From positions 1,364,001 to 1,428,000 of the forward strand of contig JAYWIR010000037.1 of assembly GCA_036172245.1 (NCBI GenBank): a DNA stretch of 64,000 nt, in the 5' to 3' direction. A program made the translations under genes and the position numbers. This DNA comes from Raillietiella orientalis (Eukaryota). Each line of letters starts with the position of its first letter. Position 1 is the first letter of the stretch. Under the pieces are notes generated by a model. That model searched no databases. It was not told where the DNA came from and worked only from the letters and a program-made list of their open reading frames with translations. Shown piece after piece: positions 39,123 to 51,100 of the stretch.

Positions 39123-42100
39123 GTAAGTGTGCACTCATTAGAAATATTGCTTTGTTTTCAGTAGGAATTCGCTTTTGAAAAATCATGAGCTGGTCGAGTT
39201 CGATCATAAATAACTTCCTGACGTGCTTCGTGGATAAAGTGCATCATCAAGGCTAGAATGCGAGCATCCGACACACTGATGAAAAAAACTACACTCAGTA
39301 AACATCATAACGTATACGGCATTTTTCGTTTCATTCTGTAGAGCTTGAGTGTCCACTGGGATTCTAAAAATTACGATAAAGGGGCGAACTAATAAAATGC
39401 AGTCTCTGTCAGAAAGTCGTCAGATCAATTCGACGCGCTTTAGCTCCGGCTGGATCAAGTGATTCATCTCTGGAATCATGATCCGTTCGTGTAATCATTG
39501 ATTTGCCAAGGGAAACAAGAAATGAGATAAGTGCTCCTATCTTCGCGTGGTGGAAACACAGCCTGCCGTACGGCCCTCTGGACAACTTGGCCGCTGATTC
39601 CGAAAGCTAGGGTCAAAATCAGCGACCTCCAAAACGCCTTTCATGGATTTCGTGGAAATCTTGGCATGGAACAAGCGGATGTTTCGCAGGTTCGAAGTCA
39701 TAAATTCCAGTTTACAAGCGACGCGGCAATACTGAGGAATACTCTTGCAAATACTGTCCTGGAATGACGAAAGTATTGAATAGTTCCGCAAGCAGCAATA
39801 GAGTGCTGGCCATCTGAGATGTCGAGTGTGTATCCTTAGACCGAATAACTTAGGGAAGAGTGTAAAACTATACGAAGATTCCAATGAGCTGTTTCGTGAT
39901 TCAATGAAGATGGAGCGGAGGAATAAAATTGGAAAAAAAAAAAAAAAGGGGATCGGTTCATAGGCTAGTGTCCTGGTCTTTTCAGTGTTCATCAAAATTC
40001 ATCAGATGAAATGATTCTGGGGGAGGATTAGTTTCAAACACATCCAACATAAAGACTAAAATTAAGGTGTAATCTTGATCTTCACGTCAAGTTACAAATA
40101 ATACCCTCCAGAATTAAGGTACAGCATTCAGATACGTGCCATTCTTTGCACTTATGGTCGCTCCTTTCAGAAGATCGGAAAAATTTCGGAAAAAAAAATT
40201 TTCATTGTTCTTCATGGAGCCAATTGAAATTATAGACATGCATTTCTTTTAAAGAAATGTCAGTAAAGCACAGGACATACACAGGGACTCGGGAAACAAT
40301 TCAGTAGCTCAAATAGTTTCCTTTGAGCGCCAAGTGAGATTTGAGTTGCCAAAAATTAGTCATAGAAACAAACTAATATGATGGTTGATGGAGGGATGTT
40401 CTATTGGTTACAGGTAAATACCATAAACAGCTTTCCTCAGAGAGCTGTTACACATCCCCAAACCTAGCAGAGTAAAGCCCTACATTAAGTACCCGTATTT
40501 GGGACCTGCTACTCATTCCTACGTCAACTGCCTATAAAAAACTCACCCTTAATTATGGAGATGCCATCGATTCGAATTGATCACCCTCACTTGCTCATGG
40601 AGAAAATGCGTGAATTTTCATCGGGGCAGATTTTCAGAAGGTTTCCTCCAGATGAAATCTTAAAGACTCACAGAACATTGGAAAAAAACACTTTCGCTGT
40701 CAAAATCCACATCTATCTTGTTATAGGATCACCAATCAGGATTGTTTATCCGCATGAGGTTGGCAGGATTCACTAGCTGGCAGTGATAATCACACTACGC
40801 AGCAACACTGGATTGACCAGGCAAGAAGAAGCATGAAAAAGAAGCACCAGAAAGTGAAGTCTTTCAGACTTGTCTCGTAGATAGCTTTTTTCTACCCCGT
40901 AACACCTGGAGAGCGGCGATCTTTAGCTGATGCTGAAGGCAGAAGATTTGATTCTGCTTGTCCTCCCCAGCCAGGTGCGTAGCTGCACAAATGAGAGCGT
41001 CAGCACCTTCAGGAGCGGTGCTGCTCAATTGGTTTGGTAGATGCATTCCTGATTGTAGGAACAGTTAGACTGAAGTGGCTTCGCATGTTTCCTAAAGTCA
41101 CTGCGCCGAGGGACCATTTCTGTGGTAGAAAATTTTCATGTGAAAAAACAAAAAAAAAAGGACTGAGGGCAAACCTTAGGGCCCGGAGCTCGGAACTCGA
41201 ACAAGACCCCCAACACTTGTTTTGAAACTTTAGCACATGATCACCATTCACCTCTGACGATCAGGCTGATTCTGTTGTTTTCATCCTTCAAATCTAGCTA
41301 TGACGCGCGCTACAAGGAGAGAAAACGCCAAGACGTGAAAAAGCTAGATGAAGATGCATTCTCGAAAAATCGATACGACCTCGAAATCAGCACTGATGTG
41401 TCCAGTTTGAGGATTTCCAATGTTGACCGCCTAGACGATGATGTGTACATCTGCCGCGTGGATTTCCAGAACTCTCCCAGCCAGTATTCGAGGATCTTCC
41501 TGCAGGTGATAGGTAAGGATGAATTTCTTAAAAAATTTTTTTTTTTTTTTTTTAAATTTGCTTGCGCATTACTGCATTCATGTGTAATTTTTCCACGTAC
41601 CGAATGGAGCACGGTGCACAAATTATGGTCAGACGTTTTTGAATCACGAACCCCTCTTGAGATGAGTCCAAAGACGGAAAGAGAAATAAATCTCCAGTTT
41701 CAGATCAAAACCCGAAACAGAAGATAAAGCACAGCACTAAACATTTTTCAAATGAGAATGGGCAGAGCAGAAAACTCTTGGTTGACGTAGCCAACAGATT
41801 CTCAATCTGGCTCCGGGCTGACGATTCCACTGCCATCACAAAAGCTGGGCATCTTCCAAGCGTTCTACTTTTCACGGGCAGTGGTGTTCTTCCTAACAAA
41901 AAGCTGGGAAGAGCTCGCCGCTCGCATCTGGAAATCGGAAAAAAAATCTGGCATTCCCACTTGTGACGAATTGAGCTCTCACCGCAGCGTGAATTCCGAA
42001 GGAATGATTGACCACCATAAAGATGCAAGCTCTCGGATGATTTGATTTTATATCACAAGGATGCAAATGATCTGGAATCTTTGTTATGGCTCTGCAAATT

Positions 42101-45100
42101 CTATGAAGAAAAGAGTTTCGAATCTTCACCGTTAAACTTGAGAGCTGATAAAAAAACCAAGCCTGCAAATAATCTTGTATCGCATATGGCTTCCTGGAGG
42201 TCCTGGTGCCATCGAGGGAAGGTGACACACCGGAAAAGTAAGAATCCACCAGGGCAAGCTGTTTTTCTTCCCAAAAGAAGCATTACCTAGTTTGTCTTCA
42301 GCCGTCCTCTTTTGCAAACATTACTTAATTGATACCTGCTTTATGAGCGCATAAATGTTCCATTGAACCAAGAAGTCTGCAGTCATGAAAATTAATTTCT
42401 TCGACTACGCTTTTAGCAGCTGAGACGACTAGGGCCGTTAACAGCAGTTTGCCATGCTCCTAAATTCCAAGTTCTCAGGAAGCAACGTTCTCTTGACGTT
42501 TGAACAGTGGAATTCACGTTGGCCCGTATTTATTCGGCATCCACTTTTGCAAGGTTTTTGAACACATTTTTGAGCTCGACACCGAACGCCTTTATGTATA
42601 CACCATGTTCTTGCTGTTGTGAACGTGCTCTCGAGAAATCCCGGGCCTTTCGGATTGCAAGGAGCTCCCTGGCCCGCGTCGGAGGCTTTGTGGTTGAGGC
42701 TTCCGCGCGTGGCACCATGAGTCGCGGGTTCGAATACTCCGGCAGAAAATGACGCCACTGCGTCGTTGGGTTCCGAGTTTCTCTTGCAATGGCGCTGATT
42801 GGCCGAGACATTCGGGCCTCGCACCGGTGGTCGTTTCAGCCGGAGGTCCCGATGAAGGCCAGAACAATGGGAGTCGACCTTCGGGTCCTTCCAGGAATCA
42901 AGGAGTGGGGAGTTCCCCCTCCGGTCGTACAACGGAGAGCGGACCCCCCACACCGGGGAACCCCTCCGGTTTCAAGATGGAGCAGGAGCCTTCACAGGTA
43001 CCTATCCCGTTGTTTAAAGGAGCGGACCCCTCCTGTTGCGGGGGGGGACCCTCAAGTAGCCGCCTCTTCAGAAGAGTGCAAGGAAGCGAGCGAGAGCGAT
43101 CCCCCTGAGGGAAGCTGCAGCGCTCCTTCTGAATTTCGGAAGCGTCCCTTCGGGGTTCTCTTCAGAGGAGTGAACAGGAGTGGTTCCCTTGTGGGTTCCC
43201 TCCGGAGAAGAAATTCCTACTAGCGGATCCTTTCCGGGTTCCCTTCGGAGAAGATGAAATGGAGAGGAACGCCCCCCTTCCGGGGTGGTCCCTCAGGAGA
43301 GAATGAGGAAGTAGATTCCCTTCAGAGACAACCAGGGTGGTAGATGCGATCCCCCCCAAGCATGAGAGGAACGGATTCCGAGCCCTTCCTGGATTCATAA
43401 GGCGGACCCTCCTCCCGGGGTGCTCCCTATCTTGAAGAAGTACGTGCACCCTCCGCGGGTGGCGTGGTGCTGAAGAGTCAAGTGCGCGCCACGAGGCATG
43501 CGACAGGCTCTTGAGGTACTTAGCGAACCCAAAAAAAATAAAAACCCGAAACAACAAAAAAAAAAAAGCTGGAAGGGAAAAAACAGCAGAGACAGAGAAG
43601 AAACCAAAAGGATTTCCATCATCCCTTATTTGAAATGGCATTTGAGGATCTCATTGGCATTGAAAACAGCTAATTTGTATCAATTGGAATCAGAACACCA
43701 CTGAATTCAACTCGAACTGTTTCGATTTTAAAAAAACTGTCCACCAAATATCATTGGAAGCAATACGCACTTGCCCCAGTGAAGTTGATCGTGGTGCCTT
43801 TGGTTTTAGAACTCAATACACCCAGCGATCCGAGAAAAGCAGGAATGAAGAATTCTATAAATCACTCAGCATGCGTAGAAATCAAATCTATGATCCTTCA
43901 TCAAATTCTGCGGACTTCCGATCCATCAAATCTAGTTAGCATAGCACTTCTTCATCTGCGTTCCATGTTGGTCAACTTTCTGCAACGAAGTGGATAAAAC
44001 ATGAAAACGCCTACTGGTCGCTCCACCTGCATTTGCATGCTTGAAATGCCCTTCTGTGATGCATTATCTAATCACTCTTCAAACTTTATGCTTTCAACGA
44101 TACTGAATTCTACAGCTGACTTCTTCGGGAGTCAAACATCAGTGCGTTCATTCGGAATGGAATTTCCACAACGAAATAGAAAATCAGTGAACTGAGTATT
44201 TCGACAGTTCAGTATTTCTTACATTCTAACTCCCTGAATCGTGTTGCAATACCCATCCACCCACTCAGGATTTTACCGCCTTCCAATCGATATATATCTT
44301 TATTCAGAGGATCATCCTCGCATCTGTTTGAATTTTAGTTTTCAAAGTGTACTGTTCCAAGTTGTATTCCCCCTGTCTTTGTACAGTCGAAGCATTTGCA
44401 AACACACACACGGCTGCAGTTGTCGTTCGATGACACGAGGTCAGTTCGTGCACGTTTCAGAGTCCATAAATGAATTCAGTACCTTAACAGCACAGTTGCA
44501 ATCGGTCAATCACATCAGCTATGTAATGTGCTTCAATGACCGCTTATGCGATCCTGCTCCTCCTTCTGAGAATTGGTACCTCACAGTTTAGGCAAGGATC
44601 ACAAAGACATTTTGAATAGGACAAAAGTTAAGGGACGTGTTCTGAAGACGGTGTTTCCTAAAGTACCCTTATTTCGAAACATGACATTCTCCCTTTTTCC
44701 AAATGCTACACTTTCAAACCTTAGAACAGTGGATTAAGGACTCAAATGAAATACATTCTGGCTCATGAGAAGCACATTCGAGTATTCGAAGTATTTAAGA
44801 GAACTCGCTGTCACTTATAGCAGGTCTGTTTATTCCAGAGCATATAGAAGAGGGTCGGGCTGTCACGTGAAGTAGGGGTAGCTCACCTAAACTCCCGTGA
44901 TAAAAAGATACGCGGTCTTCGATATCCAAGAAAGGGCTGTGATTAAAAAGAGGAAAAAACGCATTTTTTCATCTTAGAATTTGAGAGCACACGATAATCA
45001 GGAAGTTCTGCAGCTCACTCTCGGAAGAACATCCCACATTCTTGTGCTTTGTCCTTTGTTTTTGCTCAGCTTTGGTTCCCTGTTTGCTGCGTTCATTGAA

Positions 45101-48100
45101 AGACTGGGGCTTTAGCATGATTTCTTTACTTGATGAAACATCCAGTCAAACCCACTTTGTCGCGAAAGCATCTTCTAGTTTCGGTTCCATCAAGGAGCAA
45201 AGATAATGGGAATGCTAAGAAATAAAACGAAAAGCATGAAATAATGAGAAAACTGAAAGACCAGATCTAGCTGTACGATAAGACTATTGCTACCATGCTA
45301 GTAATAGTCTTATTGTATTCACGATGGAAAAAAAAAAATGTCCCTGGTGAATAACATAACGAATTTAGAAAAGGACAGTCAAATGAAATCTGGATATTCA
45401 GCCGGATTTCAATTAAGGAATGAGAAAGAACAGATGATTTTAGTAATAACCAGAAAACTAGGATTTTGACCCCATACACAGATGTATACACCCTATACAC
45501 AGCATCTCAGCAAAACAGATAAACGAATGTACACCTGGTACCATGTGTGGATGCACGCGTAGGTGCATTCACATGTTCACACCTGCGTGTATCAATGGTA
45601 CAGTGTCTCCATACAATCGTACACACGTATGAATGGATTAGAAAAATTGAAACTGAAGAAAGAATAATAGTTCCAGTTGCTGAATTTTTTTTTCTATTTA
45701 TAATAGCATTTTTAGACTGAACAGTAAGAAATATGTAATTTTTACTTCTAAACCTTTGCCTCAAACCTTCTTTGTTGTGATGTTAATGAAATGTTGCATG
45801 GCATTTTGCATTCTTTAATGGATTATATTCTGTGTTGCTTATCCACGGAATCTCATTGAAGGGAACTGTACAATACATTCATGCAGAATTTTCTGAAGAT
45901 ATCATTCGGCCACTTTAAGGTCTTCTGTTTTTGCTGGATTCCAAATTCGCTTCTTTTTACTGCACAGTAAAAATTTCATCTTGAAAGATGAAATGCTCAC
46001 AGTTAAGGAATAAGATTTGGCGTCCCAAAGCTCTACGAAACGGGAAACATTATAGGTGAAACATTATAGGTACACGGCATCATCTTCAGCTGTAGTATGA
46101 GGAGAAAGTTTATCACCGGCATAAGAGCATTGCTAAGAGAGCACGCGTGTCAATCCCTGGTTCAAGAGCACCTCGGTCTAGGGAGAGCCATACAGTATGT
46201 GGGAATGCACCACGCTTCAACTCACGCTTGTTCCTCACCAATGAATAGTACGTAAGGTTCCAGGATTACATATTCATCTAAGGAGCCCGGCTGAAGCTTC
46301 TGCCAATCAGGACGGGGCCAGGGTGAAACCAGAGGAACTCTCATGTCGGCGCTGCCAGACAGGAGATGAAAAGCTATCTCCTATCCTAAACCGGTGCAGG
46401 AGAATTTCCTCTGTTCGCTGCGCGGAACTACGCGATTCAGGAAATGTTCAGGGTGGCCACAGTGGATGAAGCAAAGTGGACCATGGTGGCAACCAGCCAG
46501 AGCTCTAAGAACGGACTGCCACTTGCGATCAGACCCAGTACTGAAGAAACGAAATCGAACAATGGGGCTGGACATCTACTACCCATTCGAGGGTGGAAAA
46601 GAGGCCTTCAGCACAGCTTGGAGGTAAAAGCTGGAAAAATATAAGGAAGTAGCCTTCCGGCTAAGCAAGGAAGGGAAGCAAAAAGGATGCATGCTCTCAT
46701 CGTTGGCTCACCGGAAACCTGGGACCCAGATAACGAGGAAGAGCTGCATGTTCCTGGAGTTCCTGAAAAGCACTCGGAGTGGATGAGGCACCAGATGGTG
46801 ACTTCGTGCATGCAACACTCCAGGGAGACCTACGCAGCCCATATCACGAGATGAACAACGAGACCGAAATCAAGTACAGCAGTCAGCTCTCGCAAAACGG
46901 AGGACAAGATGCTGAGGAAGCAACAAAATGAAAGGCAACGAACAGATGGACAGATGAAAAATCTCGGAAGAATGTAAAGAGCCCCCCCTGTAAAGCTGTA
47001 TTAAATTATTAATTCAAGAAATAGAACGGTGCATTTGGCAATTTCGAAATCCGTTCAAAGTCTTGCATGTCAGAGTGATGGAAACATTGCATCTAGGAGA
47101 TTTTCAGTAGTATGTCAAAGTTTTTGTTTTCTGGAAGGCCAGAAACCAACCCATTTTTCCTGTTCCTGAAGAAAAACCTAACTTGATGAATATCAGTGAA
47201 AACTGCCTGGCATCCTAACACTAAGATGCGGTAAAAATTTTTGGGATGCTCCTTTTAAATCTATTCGCAGGAATCGCGGATTTTTCAGGGATATCGGTGA
47301 GCGATGCCAATCCATGTTTACATTTTTGAAGATACTGAGGTGATTATTCCATAATTTTGTGACCGAAAATGGATCACGCTCTCATTGAGATTTGAGAATC
47401 AGGGATTAGGCTTCTGCATCCTGATACTCTGTAAAATTCCAATAGATTATGCATGATATGATGGTGGAACATCCAAGGGAAACGTAAGCTCAGCTTAAAA
47501 AACATGAAAGGAGACTTGAAGATCATTTTTAAGGAGAACTTTCTTAGTCTATCGTTCGGAGATCAAAAGAAAATCCAGGAAACCCTAATTGCATTTGAGA
47601 ATTTTTATTTGTTTTTTTACTGAGACACGATTTCCTCATCCATGGCAGTATGAACAAATGAGTAAATGGGATGATGGATTGATTCGAATTGAAGTTCTCT
47701 CGGATAGATAGGGCCTTGGCATCTTTCTGCGCACTCACTAGGAATCATGATTCGGGACAATTAAAACGAAGGTTGCCGAAAGAAATTGAATCTCTTACTC
47801 ATGTGCTTCTAACCTGGCTGCGTCTCTGCCAAGCTAAGGTGGTTTTTTTAGCATTCAAAAGCTGGAGAAGAGTTAAAAACTTGTTCATTGACTGGTCTCT
47901 GTGCTTAAGATCGTGGTTGCAACAAAATGTGATTCTCTAGCCTAATTTCAGTTCCTCCGGAGAAGCTGCTGTTGTGGGATACTTCTGGAAGGCTCGCATC
48001 TGGCCAACTCACTAGACCATACGACGAAGACTCTCTCGTGACAATTAGCTGCGCTGCTGTTAACGGTAGTGTGCCTATCTTTCATGAATGCAGCTACGCA

Positions 48101-51100
48101 TCTACCTTTCTATTCTAGGGATCCCACAACCAGGAGTTATCTGGTTGACAGATAATGCACTTCTGGATGACTCATATGCTGCAATTAATCACACGTTTGT
48201 TCAAAATGATGTTCAGTTTACCCAGTTGAACAGAATAATGGATGGAGTCAATTTGACGTGCAAAGCATCCAACTCTGAGATAGGAGAACCGTCATCAGCT
48301 TCGTTGATAATCAACATGAATTGCAAGTTCTTCAACATCTGCTTTCGTAATCTTTCAGCTCATCTGTTCCTTAGACTTGCATGCCATGCATCCGAGTCGT
48401 GCAAGTTCTTGCAGCTCAAAGGGAAATTGAGTAGCGCTCATTCTGTCTGGCCGCTTCTCTCTCGAATGTTCGGTATCATTTGCAAGGTTTACTTCGAATC
48501 GCGGCCGATGTAACTGTGATTCTAACGAACTGAACTATGTTTCCAGTTTCCGTGAACACCGGGAGATAAGGATTGCCATTTGTCTTTTCCTTCATCACGG
48601 TGAGACGGAACGAGAAATGAAACTCGCTTGTTACGAACGCTGAGAGATTTGTGCTCCATATGGAGACAGATTAAAGCGTGTACTTCGACAGCACGCAGAT
48701 GACCTGGCTCCAAATTGGGCGAACTCGTCATCTCTTTGCGATCATGTTGCACTGAACCCGCTTATGCACAGTCAGGTTTCCTTGACAGCCGGCGTTGCAG
48801 CTCCTCATCAGCTTTTGCAAGTGTTGTCGATAACCTGCATGTTCTCTTCTATGTCTTATGAGCTTCACTTTAAACGTACTTCCCATGTAAGTCAGGGTGG
48901 TCTCTAGGGCTGATTCTGCGGGGTTTGGGATCCCAGCATCTTGACCATCATGCACACAGCCTACTAGAAGCCACTCCACCATATTCTTGGGCTGACAAAA
49001 AATCGTAAAGTCTTCTAGTGAGATGTACTTTCGAGCGAGTTAAGGGAAAAACAGTATCTCGTACTGTGCTTAAATGTCAGCAGGTCATTCGAGCACTGCC
49101 TACTAGGAGGCTTGGAGTGAGCATTAGGTCAGAATATCGGCAATGTTCTTAATGCACATTTGTATGCAGCTGGATTCTTTTACGTTCGATATCCCTGAAA
49201 AATTCCGGTTTCTTCCAATTGACTTAGTGGGGGCATTTCGAATCGAAGCACCTCGCGAGATCCAGGATTGCAGTGATTACTGAATGCATCCCTGGTTGCA
49301 TTAAGAAACTTTGGTCCGTTTCATTTGAATTTGTAGCAAATTCATGCTGATTATCTCGAGTCTGATCTTAAGTTAATTATCAAATTCATGTTGTTGAAAT
49401 TAAGAAATGAAAATGCTTAAAGTATAGAACCAGTGCTCTATGAAATTCTAAAATCCACTCATTAGCATCTGCATGCATCATCATGCAAGAAACATGGGAT
49501 TTCTTCAGATGCTTGCTCTCGGTACATGGTGAACTTCACAAGGAAAGCTTCGTTCACAGGGAGGAACAAGTTGCTGTTCCGTTTAGAGGTCACCAGAAAG
49601 CCAAAAACTATAAGGTCATTACGATTTCATCCTTTGGGAAGTGACCCCATTTCATTCCCACTGGCTTGAAATACAATCCACTGATTTTTATCAGTAGATT
49701 GTCTTATGTTACAGTGATTGCACTGTGAAAAACGTGCTTTCCATATGTGAACTCCTACAGCAAATCTCCGATGAAATCGCTCAAATTATCGGCTCGGTTA
49801 TTATAAGAAACACTAATTCTTCGGGGAAATATTCTGCGAGAACTGCATTTCATTCAACTTTTCAAAAACCTGTTGTGATTTAAGTGGAGACATATTAAGC
49901 GGTTTATTACGTAACCTTGCCTTCCGTGGCTGCAATGCATTTTCAATAACATCGCAAATTTCAGGGATTGCATGAAACGGAAAGATGCCTGCTAAACAGT
50001 CCTTTCTGCGCTTAGCGAAATTGCTTTGTCCTGATTCTGTTCATTATTTTCTTTCTAGTATTCCCAACAAAAGTTCAAATCATAGGGAAGAGGATACTAA
50101 GAGAGAACAAAACAGCAACCATAGAATGCGTTACCAGCGGCTCCAAGCCAAGAGCGGTTCTAACCTGGTACTTGAATGGGGAAAAGATGACTAAGGATAT
50201 AATAGAGGTTTGCTTCTTCTAAAATCTTCAGTCACGAATCCATCTTTCCGTATATTCTTGCTATTGTAAAGAGTTCCAAGAATATGAATCTTCTCAACTG
50301 AGTGCATAAAGTTTGAGAGACCGGAATCCACAGTGGTTTTTAAAGACTTATTAATCAGTACCCGGAAGCGGTATCTTATCCTCGGATCCCGAGTCCCAAT
50401 TGATAAGAATAGAAATTGGAATGAAGATCTTAGAAGCTTTCTATCAACAGCACTTATCTGCATGTTTTGTGTTTTTCGTTTCCTCAGGTCGTATGTTGTT
50501 TCTCTAATGCATCTTCAGATGTCCCAAATGACGGAATGCTGCGCGGTGGAAGTAGCATAAAGACTTTGGCTCCTTGTTTCGGTAGAAATCTTAGTCAGCC
50601 TCTGAAAACGATGTGTTCATGGAATAACATTATTAATATCCCCTAATTAATATCCCTGATTTCTGTTATTGCCATTTCTTGCAATTCGACTTTTCCAATT
50701 TCAATTTTCTTGTTACATTTTTGAAACCAGTCGTGCTAATTCCTCATTAGGGCTTCATTGATGTCCGCACCTAGAACTGGTTCTTTGGATAATAAAAATC
50801 CTCGTATTAGTTTCTCGGAACTGAATCGATAACCTCTTAGCTCAAACACGTGTGCAGATCTCTCTTCAGTGAATTTCTTTCTGCAAAACAAAAATAGATG
50901 ATAGATGGAAACCTAGAAACAATCAGTGGTTCCCTCCGGTTCAAAAACTCATCTCAGAAGAATGCTGTGCACTCACTTGACGGGAGCCATTTACTGTACC
51001 ATTCCACTGAAATTTGCTTTTATCGCATTTGCTTTAACAGAACGGTGACTTCAATTTTGTGTATGAAGTCGTGCTCTAAAACTAGGTTCGGGGTTTTGTG

